DNA of 43,273 nucleotides from Octopus sinensis (GCF_006345805.1 NW_021834976.1:1-43273), one strand, 5' to 3'. Shown: positions 10,428-24,090, counted from the stretch's first letter. Made by a program: numbers and translations. Notes: generated by a model not told the origin, from the letters alone.

Positions 10428-10935
10428 GGCGCAAGCGTGGCTGTGTGGTACGTAGCTTGCTTCCCAACCACATGGTTCCGGGTTCAGTCTCACTACGTGC
10501 AACCTTGGGAAGGTGTCTTCTGCTGAAGCCGTGGACCGACCAAAGCCTTGTGACTGCATTTAGTAGTCGGAAACTGAATGAAGTCCATCGTATATATATC
10601 AAACGTGTTATAAAACTATTTTGCACATACAAAAACAGCCATACCAACAATCCAACATACCTCCATCATCAGCTGCCCCACGGATATCACTATAGTTTCG
10701 ATTAGTGCCGTTCGATCCGGCAGTGTCAACGATGTGTGTCTGTGTGTGTGTGCCTTTGTGTGTGTCTATCCCCCACCATCGCTTGACAACCAATGTTGGT
10801 GTGTTTACGTCCCTGTGACTTAGCGGTTCGGCAAAAGAGACCGATAAGTACTAGGCTTTAAAATAGTTCTTTGTTCGACCAAAGCCCTTCCAGGCGGTGC
10901 TCCAACATGGCCACAGTCAAATGAGTAAAAGAATA
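10428..10935 (+). mobile_element. SINE family 1 with a foreign insert (about 10600-10735) in the central microsatellite
   Basis: Head and tail recognisable; insert carries HHR core motifs on the minus strand. Confidence 0.8.
10660..10730 (-). ncRNA. Degenerate relative of the permuted hammerhead
   Basis: Minus strand CUGCC...GAAACUAUAGU...GGGGCAG-CUGAUGA, same order as 6927-6990; no NUH before CUGCC. Confidence 0.4.
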
Positions 10936-11468
10936 GAAGAACATACGCACAGATGCACTCGTACGCGCGCACATTCAAAGACATAAGCAGACCTTTCTAT
11001 GACACACGCACAGTCAAAAGAATGCTCGTGCCTTGTTCGAAAGTCGACTAATCCGTGTCAGTCTGTACGACTGAACTCATCTAAGGAGGGTGAAGGTTGT
11101 ATGACACAAGGCGATGGTGGGAGAGAGAGAGAGGTTGGAGTGATTGAGGAAGCGGAAGGGACAGGAGAAAATTGGCAGCGAAAAGAAGAGACAAACAAAG
11201 CGATGAGGAGAGAAGTATTACTGCTTGAAGGAGGCAGAAGAGGGGGGTAAGGAAGTAGGAAGGAAGAAGTAAAAGAAAAAGAAGTCAGATTTAAAAAAAA
11301 AAAGGGAATCCGTGTCGCTTTGGTGGTTGCTAGGCGCCGTTACGGTCGGTGAAAGTAAATGACGGCCGTACTTGGCTGACTTTGTTGTGATTGGTGGAAG
11401 AATATGGGAAGAATGATGGAAACAACAAAGACCCACAAATAGACAAACAGGTTCTCTAATACCAGCTT

Positions 11469-11499
<31 letters not shown>

Positions 11500-11502
11500 A
11501 CA

Positions 11503-12014
11503 TCTATATATATAAAACTGTAGTTGTGTGAGTGTCTGTCCCCTTCGATTTAGATTCCTAACTACTCCCACATTTTGCGGTGCAGTTTAACCAAAACCGG
11601 GTATCTTATAGTCGTGATTCATATCAAGCCCGTCTGGGTATTAGCGCGCGTCTACGATGAGTCTACGATTTTAAAAATAATTTAACATCATTTTTTATTC
11701 CATTTAATGCATAATTTTTCGTGTGTCGATGGCGGCGGAGTTGGCGTCCATGGTCACACCTGCACCTGTTTGCTTCTCCCCCTTCTTCCCTCCCTCGTGA
11801 AGCTGTGGGGAAGGGAGTGTAAGGAAATCAACGTCGTAAAGCGTTGTCAAGGAGACCAGCGTTCTTTTAGAACAACGACTTCATGGCTTGAAGACACCAA
11901 AACAGAAATGGCTAAGAAAGCCCGAATTGGCATCTATAAGGGAAGTAACTCTCTAAAAATGCTTATATAGTTATTTCCCTTACAAACCCGAGCAACGCCG
12001 GGCGATACTGCTAG
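11503..12014 (+). mobile_element. Non-autonomous Helitron, second copy
   Basis: Very similar to 7585-8089; A|TC...CTAG|T ends. Confidence 0.88.
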
Positions 12015-12645
12015 TATGGATATAAGGGCAAAGGACGTCACAGAACGTAAGTATGAAATATGAACTTTTTTTTGCGAACAACGAAAGAAACAAATGGAAA
12101 ACAAGGTAAGCAACATACAGAACGACCCTTTATCAGTTGTCGGCTGTTTTTCTATTCCTTAATTCAAGCAATTCACGACAAGGTACGCCTTCGACAAAAC
12201 AGTTGCTCCCGCAAAGCAAATTAAATAAAAATTTGGGATTTTGCGGGGGGGGGGTTAAAGCTGGTACCAAAAACAGGACAGTGACAACAAATAGGAAGGG
12301 ATGCTGAGCCAAAATGAGGTGAGGTGGCGAAGGCTGGTGGAACAAGCTTTGACAGGAGACAGACAAAAATGCGTCTGACCCCAGATATATACACATACAC
12401 ACGTATGTATATGTATATATATATATATATAATATATATATATATATATACATACACACACACGTATATATATGTATATACATATATTTATATGCACGTG
12501 GAAATATATATATGCACACATACATACACACCACATATACACACGCACATACACTCACGTACATACATACACACACAGGCACATACACACATATATAAAT
12601 ATACATACATACGCACACATGTATACATATATAGACATACATACA

Positions 12646-12693
<48 letters not shown>

Positions 12694-12739
12694 GATATAT
12701 ATATATATATACACATACACACACAAACACACACATATA

Positions 12740-12985
12740 TCTATATATAAAAAACTGAGAATGTGTATGTGTCTGTCTGTCTGTGTGAATCCCTAAAACT
12801 TGAGAACTACACAACCAATTTCATTCAAATTTTACACATGCCTTATTTTGGGTCCATGTAGTGTCATGGGCAAAGAAAAATGTTTAACTTCTTGCCTAGG
12901 GCGAGCCCACAGCAATATCACATCTTCTCCACTATTTCAGTATTACGTGTTAAAAGTGAAACAAAAGTATATCCCTATTGTATAT
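12740..12985 (+). mobile_element. 5' fragment of a related Helitron family
   Basis: A|TCTATATATAAAA(AA)CTG start shared with the complete Helitrons; start repeated at about 14045-14105; no CTAG end seen. Confidence 0.55.
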
Positions 12986-12991
12986 ATATGG

Positions 12992-13023
<32 letters not shown>

Positions 13024-13029
<6 letters not shown>

Positions 13030-14039
13030 ATTAGGGCTTAGTAAAATAAATTACTTTGCCACATACTGAATTTGCTAGAAATAGCAGCCAAAAAAGTTTT
13101 TTTGCCATTTCCACTACTTAAAGAAAATTTCTCTCAGATAATGTTTACTCAAAAATAACTCACGAAGGTATGGAGGTAAAAACAGAAAAATATCACAAGT
13201 ACAAAGATTATTTGAGAACGTTAACGTTTCTAGATTAGCCAAATAAACTCAGCATTTCTTTCGTCAGCTCAACATTTCTTATTTTGGATTTGGAAGCACT
13301 AAAAAGAAAGAACATACCCTTTGGCGACTTATCACCTCAGATGACCCGTTCAGACTGCCAGTACCAACAAATTCAAAATGTGCAAGCGAAGATTCACTGC
13401 TCTCCCCTTCCACCCACGTGGGTTATCTAGCAAACATTATATTTTAACGGTGAGAACCGAGGCAATATGACAGAGAGAAATGAATTATAATATCAACAAT
13501 TGAGGGTAAAATTAATTAGTTATTAATCAATTTCACCAAGTATTCAGTATGTAAAAGGACCATTTAAGGCGAATTCAAAATATTACATTATATAATTAGG
13601 GCTTAGTAAAATAAATTACTTTGCCACATACTGAATTTGCTAGAAATAGCAGCCAAAAAAGTTTTTTTGCCATTTCCACTACTTAAAGAAAATTTCTCTC
13701 AGATAATGTTTACTCAAAAATAACTCACGTTAGAAACGTTAACGTTCTCAAATAATCTTTGTACTTGTGATATTTTTCTGTTTTTACCTCCATACCTTCG
13801 TGAGTTATTTTTGAGTAAATATTATCTGAGAGAAATTTTCTTTAAGTAGTGGAAATGGCAAAAAAACTTTTTTGGCTGCTATTTCTAGCAAATTCAGTAT
13901 GTGGCAAAGTAATTTATTTTACTAAGCCCTAATTATATAATGTAATATTTTGAATTCGCCTTAAATGGTCCTTTTACATACTGAATACTTGGTGAAATTG
14001 ATTAATAACTAATTAATTTTACCCTCAATTGTTGATATA
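13024..14039. mobile_element. HHR element with a 565-bp direct repeat plus a terminal palindrome, in (TA)n
   Basis: 13031.. repeats at 13596..; 13490-13729 is inverted at 13800-14039; HHR at 13212-13272. Confidence 0.85.
13212..13272 (-). ncRNA. Type I hammerhead ribozyme
   Basis: UUGAG-CUGACGA-AAGA..UCUA-GAAAC-GUUAAC-GUU/CUCAA; 5-bp stem I, palindromic helix III, imperfect stem II. Confidence 0.8.
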
Positions 14040-14104
14040 TATATATATATATATATATAAAACTGAGAATGTGTGTCTGTCTGTCTGTCTGTCTGTCTGT
14101 GAGT

Positions 14105-15185
14105 ATCCAGTCAGCTGCTGACAGTGGCGACACCCGTGGGGTGTATGCCGGTTTGAGGAAGGCCCTCGGTCCATCCGCAACCAAGTCAGCCCTCTGAAAT
14201 CAACTACTGGAGATCTCATCAAGGACCAAAGCAAGCCGATGGATAGATGGGTGGAGTATTACCAGGATCTCTACTCACAGGAGACCACGGTAGCTGAGGC
14301 TGCAATCGAGGGTGTCAAGATCTTGCCAGTCATGTGTGAACTTGACAGTCTGCCATCTATAGCAGAGCTCACCAAGGCTATTGACTCCCTAGCAAGTAAC
14401 AAGGCTCCGGGAAAAGACAGCATCCCCTTAGAGATCATCAAAACCGGCAAAATCACCATCCGGCTTCGGCACCTTCACGAGCTTCTGTGTCAGTGCTGGG
14501 AAGGGGTACAGTCCCTCAGGATATGCGGGATGCTAACATCATTACGCTTTACTAAAACAAAGGTGACCGTGGTGATTGTAACAATTACCGTGGAATATCT
14601 CTTCTAAGCACTGTTGGAAAGGCCTTTGCTCGCATTATCCTGTCCAGGCTACAACTGCTTGCTTCTCGAATTTATCCAGAATCGCAGTGTGGCTTTAGAG
14701 GAAGCTGATCAACTATTGACATGATATGTCCAGAGAGCAGAAAATGCCATTATATATGGCCTTCATTGATCGGACAAAGGCCTTTGACTTGGTAAGTAGA
14801 AAAAGGCCTCTTCACCCTGCTCCAAAAAATCGGATGTCCACCAAAGCTGCTGAGGATCATCAAATCTTTCCATGATGATATGCAAGGCACCATACAGCAC
14901 AATGGTTCAACATCAATCGCCTTCCAAATAAAAAACGGGGTAAAGCAAGGTTGTGTCCTTGCTCCTACATTATTTGGCATCTTCTTCTCGCTGCTGCTGT
15001 CACATGCCTTTGAGACATCAAATGATGGAGTGTTTCTCCACAGTAGAAGTGACGGAAAACTGTTCAATCCCTCACGTCTAAGTGCCAAGACCAAAATCAG
15101 AGGCGTCCTGATCAAGGAGATGCTATTTGCTGATGATGCCACTCTAGTATCACACAGCAAAGTCTTCGCTACATTTGCGGCACCT
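14105..15185 (+). pseudogene. Decayed RTE-clade LINE fragment (RT)
   Basis: RWVEYYQDLY, NKAPGKDSIP, NYRGISL, GVKQGCVLAPTLF, MLFADD motifs; broken frames. Confidence 0.92.
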
Positions 15186-15593
15186 GCCAGAGGGAGTGTT
15201 TGTCCAGGATAGGACTACACAGCCACAGCAGGAGATGTATTAGGACATGAAATGTAAAAGCCGGACTAGATTATTTTATGCGCAACTCCATTGTCTCCCG
15301 AGACAAAAAGGATGCCAACAACAATATATATGGATTTCGTAGACAGGAACTGAAACAGATCAATCGTATATATATATATATATATATATGTAAGTGTATG
15401 TGTGTGTCTTTGTCTGTATTTCGCCCTCATCACTGCTTCACAACTACTGTTCATTTATTGGTTTCACAAGAACAAACTAATAGAATAAGTACCAGGCTTA
15501 GCAACACAAAAAAAGCACTCGGCTGTGTCTCATAATTTTGTTTGCCCACTCAGTTGTATCTATCAATTTATCTTTGTATGTATGTGTGTGTGT

Positions 15594-15665
<72 letters not shown>

Positions 15666-15672
15666 ATATCTG

Positions 15673-15740
<68 letters not shown>

Positions 15741-15958
15741 TATAACACCTTAATGGGAACCTTAACTCCCAAATTTTAGTCATTTCTTTTATGATCCAAA
15801 ACTAGGTCAAAAGTACTGAATGGATCTTTATGAAATTTGGAAATTATATTCTTTGCATAAGGGCCATAACCTCCATGACAATTCATATATTTTTGCTGTT
15901 GATGAAATTTTAACCATAGATATTAGACACAAATGAAGTAATATTTATAAAATATATA

Positions 15959-16368
15959 TGGCTGTGTGGTAAGTAGCTTGCTAACCAACCACATGGTTCC
16001 GGGTTCAGTCCCACTGCGTGGCATCTTGGGCAAGTGTCTTCTGCTATAGCCTCGGGCCGACCAAAGCCTTGTGAGTGGATTTGGTAGACGGAAACTGAAA
16101 GAAGCCTGTCGTATATATTTATATATATATATATATATGTATGTGTGTTTGTTTGTGTGTCTGTGTTTGACTCCCTAGCATTGCTTGACAACCGATGCTG
16201 GTGTGTTTACGTCCCCGTCACTTAACGGTTCGGCAAAAAGAGACCGATAGAATAAGTACTGGGCTTACAAAAAAAGAATAAGTCCCCGGGTCGAGTTGCT
16301 CGACTAAAGGCGGTGCTCCAGCATGGCCGCAGTCAAATGACTGAAACAAGTAGAAGAGTAAAAGAGTA
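15959..16368 (+). mobile_element. SINE family 1
   Basis: Family consensus match. Confidence 0.92.
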
Positions 16369-16493
16369 ATACCTATATATTACTCAAAGAAATTCCAACT
16401 TTGATTTTTACGTTTTATTTACAATCTTATCGTGATATAATATTAGTTAAGAGAATATAATGAAATGATAGAATATTAAATGTCCATTCTGAT

Positions 16494-16538
16494 TGAACTA
16501 GTACTTTCATGCATTAAACTATGCAATCTTCAGGTCCA
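16494..16538 (-). ncRNA. Minimal hammerhead in the Penelope pLTR
   Basis: UGGAC-CUGAAGA-U-UGCAU(aguuua)AUGCA-U-GAAA-GUAC-UA/GUUCA; helix III palindrome AGUACU. Confidence 0.8.
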
Positions 16539-17173
16539 TGTAGTTGTGGTGACAGTTATGTTTTACAATTTCTAACTGTAGTCAGTGGATAAGCTGTGTT
16601 CCAGAAGGTTAAATTTTGCAAACTGTATTCTGACCAATCAGCGTGTGATTTTACTAAATTACTTAATTTGATTGTTTGGTTTAGACGTCACGGTTTGTTG
16701 AACATGTCAAGAGACCTGTGTTTTGACCCTGGCCAAAGCAGTAATTGTTGGTCTATTTTTAGAAATGTTGTAAATAGTATTTCCCAGGGATTTTTATATT
16801 TCCGTTATCGCCATCATCATTATCATCTCCTTTATTATTGTTGTTGGTGGTGTTGGCGGTGTTGGCGGTAGGAGTCGCTGTGGTAATAGAACTTTAAACC
16901 CGAAAATAAGATTATTTTTACTGACTTATTTTCCTGCTATCATCATAATGAGCACCTTTAGTGTTGTTAGTGGTCGTAGCAGTAGAAATAGTACCTCTAA
17001 GTATTATTATTATTATTGTTTATTTAGCTTGGGTTGGAATTTATTAATAAAGTTCTTTTCTCTGATTTTTCTCTCAATTTCATTTGGACTGTATAGTTTG
17101 TGGAATGAAAATATATTTTCCGACTGCACTTAGCTAGCTGGTTACTCAAAGGTATCTAACGGACATCATTTAA

Positions 17174-17404
17174 GGCGGCGAGCTGGCAGAAACGTTAGCA
17201 CGCCGGACGAAATGCTTCGCGATATTTCGCCTGCCGCTACGTTCTGAGTTCAAATTCCGCCGTGGTCGACTTTGCCTTTCATCCTTTCGGGGTCGATTAA
17301 ATAAGTACCAGTTACGCACTGGGGTCGATATAATCGACTTAATCCGTTTGTCTGTCCTTGTTTGTCCTCTCTGTGTTTAGCCCCTTGTGGGTAGTAAAGA
17401 AATA
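17174..17404 (+). mobile_element. SINE family 2, full length, with a 17-bp TSD
   Basis: ggcggcgagctggcagaa head, B-box gttcaaattcc; TSD ggtatct(a/g)acggacatc at 17151-17167 and 17405-17421. Confidence 0.92.
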
Positions 17405-17799
17405 GGTATCTGACGGACATCTGGGTCTCTGATTTGTGTCGGTGCACACGTGAACGTTCTGATAGCACATTTTCAGTCTGTCCACATAGAGTTCTTCGCA
17501 ATTTGGGCATTTGGTGCAGTAAGTAAAATTTTTACTTTTGTGAATATTTGATGCAGTAAATTAAATATTTGCGTTTGAATATTTTCCCAGTTTTTGTGTT
17601 CATATATTGGCCGGTGTGAATGAATCGGCACGTGTGCCACCTCGGCTATCACTGCATTTAGATACAGTGAATGATTGGTCTTTTTTGCTAAGGTCAAACT
17701 TGGCCTTTGTTAATTTTTTTTCAAGTTTTTAGGCTGTCTTTTACTAAGAACCATAGTTCGATCTGTTGTTAGTTGTCGGCATCAGTTGTTAGTTGTAGG

Positions 17800-18010
17800 A
17801 GCACTGCATCCTTCAAAACTTCCATGCTTCCTGAGATTCGCCAACACTACACTTGATTTTCTCCCCTCCATACACACACAAGCATGTATCTGACTCATAC
17901 ATTGTTCGCTTTCCAGATATTTCTACATTACTGCATGTACTTTATATGCACTTTCTGACAAGTTGTGGTGCACCTGAGCACTGTATACAATAATTTCATT
18001 ATTATTATAT
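17800..18010 (+). mobile_element. Probable LINE 3' end with (ATT)n tail, nested in the Penelope element
   Basis: Interrupts the Penelope ORF; ends in aatttcattattattat. Confidence 0.45.
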
Positions 18011-18384
18011 TATAGCTTTGAATTCATTTGAGCAATGATTGGTAGGTTTGCTTTGGCAATGTTGAAGATATTCTGGTGACATGGATTGTGTGTCACTATA
18101 AATGGTATGACCTGCTCCAGTTATCCTCTTCTTTCGGTTGTTCTCAGTTGTTGTATTGGTATTTTTATAGCTCGCTGTATGCCATTTTCTATAAGTAGAG
18201 TACAAAGTATAGAATGTTGCGTTTTGTATGTGGTGGATAGCATGACTTACAATTCAGGTATTGATGTGCGTCCGTGTGTTTGTGGTATATATCTGTGGTA
18301 ATGGTGGTGTCCTTTTTAATTGCCATTCTATCTAGGAATGTTAATTTGGTACTACTCATCTCTGTTGTAGGTTCAGGAGGATAT

Positions 18385-18508
18385 TTAGAACTGAGCAAGG
18401 TGAAATGAAATGTTTTCCTCAAGAACATAACGTACTGCCTAGTCTGGAGAGTCGAACCCGCGATCTAGGGATCGTGAATGCAACGCCATAACCACTAGGC
18501 CACGCACC

Positions 18509-18512
<4 letters not shown>
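18385..18512 (-). mobile_element. SINE family 3 head
   Basis: tggcctagtggtt box A and ggttcgactc box B on the minus strand. Confidence 0.7.
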
Positions 18513-18578
<66 letters not shown>

Positions 18579-19050
18579 TATATCGCAAAATGCTCATAGG
18601 AATTGTTGCAACTATTTTTTAGCCACAGTTTAGCCTTAGCCAAGGAGACATATGGTTGAAGACGTTCCCTTTGCGACCATCTTGTTTATATTTCTAGCAG
18701 TGTATCTAGTATTTTTTGAGAGAGATTTAGCTGTTATTTCTAGTATATAAAGTTATAAAGCCCATCACACTGGTTCGAGAAACACAATGGCTGGTAGGTC
18801 CCGTGGGATGGATGATGGAAGTGGGGAGGGGGGCCAAAGCGGGGCGAAAGGTCAAATGACAACAGGTGGAAGGTTTGAGATAAAAGAAAAGATAAAGGAT
18901 GCTGTCACTTAAAAACGGACGGGTGAGATGTCACGTGATTGAACAGAACATCCTCGGTAGGATCATCATCATCACCATCATCGTCCCCACGACCACTGCT
19001 ATCATCCTACTACTATTGTCATCATCACCATAACCACTGTCATCATCATC

Positions 19051-19193
19051 TCTTTCTTTACTACCCACAAGGGGCTAAACACAGAGAGGACAAACAATGA
19101 CAGACAAACAGATTAAGTCGATTATATCGACCCCAGTACGTAACTGGTACTTATTTAATCGACCCCGAAAGGATGAAAGGCAAAGTCGACCTC
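19051..19193 (-). mobile_element. SINE family 2, 3' half
   Basis: Reverse complement of the 17174 copy body and tail. Confidence 0.85.
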
Positions 19194-19379
19194 TGTCATC
19201 ATCATCATCATCATGAACTGGCCAACACTTGACCCTTCTTGATTAATGATGAGAGAAGGCGAGAGGAGTACAAAGAATTAAGACTAAATGGATGGATAGA
19301 ATCAGTGAAGCACCGGACGAAATGCTCGGCAGTATTTCTTCCGGACTTTTATGTCTTGAGTTTAAATCCCGTCCAATTT

Positions 19380-19535
19380 GAGTGGCTGTGTGGTAAGTAG
19401 CTTGCTAACCAACCACATGGTTCCGGGTTCAGTCCCACTGCGTGGCATCTTGGGCAAGTGTCTTCTGCTATAGCCCCGGGCCGACCAATGCCTTGTGAGT
19501 GGATTTGGTAGACGGAAACTGAAAGAAGCCTGTCG

Positions 19536-19578
<43 letters not shown>

Positions 19579-19782
19579 TTGTGTTTGTCCTCCTAGCATT
19601 GCTTGACAACCGATGCTGGTGTGTTTACGTCCCCGTCACTTAGCGGTTCGGCAAAAGAGACCGATAGAATAAGTACTGGGCTTACAAAGCATAAGTCCCG
19701 GGGTCGATTTGATCGACTAAAGGCGGTGCTCCAGCATGGCCGCAGCCAAATGACTGAAACAAGTAAAAAGAGTAAAAGAGTA
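19380..19782 (+). mobile_element. SINE family 1
   Basis: Family consensus match. Confidence 0.92.
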
Positions 19783-20018
19783 ATTTAACTTTTGCTCTTT
19801 TCCTTTCTGAGCTGGCAGAATCGTTAGAGCGTTGGAAAGATGCTTTGCGGCACTTCTTCCGGTTCTGAGATCAAATTCATTCTGCTGCGGTCGTCTTTTC
19901 GAGATCGATGAATAAAGTACCAGTTAAGCACTGGGGGTTGATATAATCTACTCCCTCATCCCCACCCACTGCTGACTTTGTGGCAAGCAGACTCGAACTG
20001 ATAACATTACAATTTTTA

Positions 20019-20237
20019 GGGCGGCGAGCTGGCAGAATCGTTAGCACGCCGGGCAAAATGCGTAGCGTTATTTCGTCTGTCCTTACGTTCCGAGTTCAAG
20101 TTCCGCCGAGGTCGATTTTACCTTTCGTCCTTTCGGGGTCGATGAATTAAGTACCAGTTGCGTACTAGGGTCGATCTAATCGACTGACCCCTCCCTACCA
20201 AAAAATTTCGAGCCTTGTGCTTAGAGTAGAAAAGAAT
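20019..20237 (+). mobile_element. SINE family 2 with an alternative 3' tail
   Basis: Same head and body; tail ccttgtgcttagagtagaaaagaat. Confidence 0.85.
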
Positions 20238-20315
20238 AACATAACAATTTTACTTGTCATTGCTTGGCGCTCCCACCACTCATGTAAATTATAATTATTT
20301 CATTTATTGTGCAAA

Positions 20316-20347
<32 letters not shown>

Positions 20348-20429
20348 ATACATACCTCCTTTGTTTTTGTCCTGTACCATCAATAATGTTTTTCTTACTG
20401 TAAAAAAACACCCTTTGTGATCAATGAAG

Positions 20430-21875
<1,446 letters not shown>

Positions 21876-21876
21876 A

Positions 21877-22075
21877 GGTGGCGAGCTGGCAGAATCGTTA
21901 GCGCGCTTGTCGAAATGCTTAGCGGTAATTCGCCCGTCACTACGTTCTGAGTTCAAATGCGGTCGAGGTCGACCTCACCTTTCATCCTTTCAGGGTCAAT
22001 AAATACCAGTGAAACACTGCGGTCCTCTCCACCAAAATGGCTGCAGTTGTGGCAAAATTTGAAACCATTAATATA
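21877..22075 (+). mobile_element. SINE family 2, diverged, third tail type
   Basis: Same head; tail gtggcaaaatttgaaaccatt. Confidence 0.75.
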
Positions 22076-22403
22076 ATTATTGAGTGAGAGAGCAGTGTAT
22101 GCCATGAAAGTGACACTGATGTACAAATATACGAAGCTCGGTATACCCATCATAACTACCCGACTGATAACATTACAATTGTGCGACATGGTGATTTCAT
22201 ATCAAGATAAATAGTGCATGGCCTTGCAAGTGGGGCCCAGTTCGAATTTTCTTCAGGTCGATTAGCCCATCCCGCTCAAACGGTCAATAGAATACGTACC
22301 AGTTGAGTACTGGGGGATCGATGTAATCTACTTCTCCCCTCCCCACAAATCTGAGGCGTTGTGCCTCCAGTAGAAAGGATTATTATTATTATTATTATTA
22401 TTA

Positions 22404-22461
<58 letters not shown>

Positions 22462-22462
<1 letters not shown>

Positions 22463-23022
22463 GAGTGAGAGAAGCAGTGCATGCCATCAAAGTGACACTG
22501 GGGTAAAATATATGAAGCCTAGTATACCCATCATGACTACCCGTCTGATAAAGGTACACCAGGCACATGCATCACAACCATATGTGCGCGACATGGTGAT
22601 CTCATATCAAGATAAACAGCACATGACCTTGCAGGTGGGGCCCAGTTAGAATTTTCTTCAGGTTGAGTAGCCCATTCGCTCAAAAGGTCCCTGAATAAGG
22701 GTTGTTAAGGATGTGAAAGAACCACCCATGTTTCCAGAGGTGAACTATTCAAACCCCAAAGAATCCCTCTCAACACATGGCTATGATGCTCCCCCACTAC
22801 TCTGCTCGTGGTCAGAGATGCACATATCGTCAGCCACTAAGGGACATGCTCAACTGGTTAAGGTCAAACAACTGACAAGCAAATCTGTGGTATTGAGAGA
22901 TATTGCTGTAATATTTCTATAGCCACTTTTTATACCAAGACAAAACAATGTACATGATATAACACTTCCAATCAGTTAAGATCAGAAGCCATGAGAGCCA
23001 CTGCCTGGTACTGCATCAGGGC
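22462..23022 (-). mobile_element. About 560-bp non-coding repeat embedded in (AAT)n
   Basis: Inverse copy at 36903-37389, partial copy at 22080-22275; (ATT)n on both sides. Confidence 0.8.
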
Positions 23023-23507
23023 ATTTATTATTATTATTATTATTATTATTATATTATTATTATTATTATTATATTATTATTATTATTATTGTTCAACTTT
23101 TGCTTTATGTCTGTACAAGTTGGCTCCAAGTTGGCTCCCAGAGACCTCAAGAGACAACAGGTTGGAAGTTCACGTTGTTGTTATGCCTAGTGTGCCATAT
23201 ATTTGGGGTTTTTTTTTTTGGTGTTGTACTAGTAAATGTCTAATACATAAATTTAAAAAAAAATTACAAAATGTCTTCCTTTATTTCACCGTTCTCTCTA
23301 CACAATCACAGGACCACATTCACTTCCGTCATTAATCTGATTGAGCACAAGTCCGTGAGATTTATCTGTACCCAGATACACTCCATCACACCGGTCTTTC
23401 ATTCTCTTCCATTCGACTGACTTTTCGTTACGCTTTTTACAGGGATGCTGTCGCCTTTTAAGGCACAGCTACATCTGTAATATAACTAGGTTTACTTATC
23501 TTTTAGA

Positions 23508-24090
23508 TTGCATTTGTTTTAGTCTTTAGACTGCGGCCATGCTGGGGTACCGCCTTTAATAATTTGTGGTCGATCAAATTAACCCCAGTACTAATTTCTT
23601 TTTATGTTTGTTAAACCTGGCTGCTTTTGCGGAACCGCTATGGTACGGGGACGTAAACACCAACACCGGTTGTCAACGGCGAGCTGGCAGAAACGTTAGC
23701 ACGCCGGGCGAAATGCTTAGCGGTATTTCGTCTGCGTTACGTTGTGAGTTCAAATTCCGCTGAGGTCGACTTGCCTTTCCTTTCTTTCGGGGTCAATAAA
23801 TTAGTACCAGTTACGCACTGGGGTCGATGTAATCGATTTATACCTATGTCTGTCCTTGTTTGTCTCCTCTGTGTTTAGCCCCTTGTGGGTAATAAAGAAA
23901 TAGGTTGTCAACGGGTGGTGGGACACACACACGACGGGCTTCTATCAGTTTCCGTCCACCAAATTCGCTTACAAGACTTTGGTCAGTCCGAGTCTATAGT
24001 AGAAGACACTTGTCCGACGGGCCACGTTGTGGGACTGAACCTGGAAGCACGTGGTTTGGAAGCAAGATTCTTACCACCAACCCCACCCTC
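23508..24090 (-). mobile_element. Diverged SINE family 1 interrupted by a SINE family 2 copy (+, 23678-23902)
   Basis: 12-bp TSD ggttgtcaacgg at 23668-23679 and 23903-23914. Confidence 0.85.

Larger units (their letters stand above)
16370..18385 (-). mobile_element. Decayed Penelope-like element, 3' half (RT thumb, GIY-YIG, pLTR with HHR)
   Basis: Minus strand LTFLD..TTDIYHKHTDAHQYL (18190-18385), YCTKCPNCEELYV/GQTENVLSER..HR (17420-17530), ERKIREKNFINKFQPKLNK* (about 17020-17090). Confidence 0.85.

Noticed and set aside
11036-11055. GAAA-GUCGAC-UA palindromic helix III (similarly GAGACAGCUGUA near 35175)
   Set aside because: No CUGANGA core or stem I partner nearby.
12130-12205. Another possible permuted HHR on the minus strand (CUGUU/UUGUCG ... 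GAAAAACAG-C-CGACAA-CUGAUAA)
   Set aside because: G8A change, two extra As, no stem II, and a 1-nt linker that looks sterically impossible.
18385-18512. tRNA genes here and in other SINE heads
   Set aside because: No acceptor stem; each continues into SINE body sequence.
22960-23022. Hammerhead or HDV-like ribozyme at the end of the AAT-embedded element (gccCTGATGcag)
   Set aside because: Core is CUGAUGC with no GAAA partner, and I could not build an HDV double pseudoknot.
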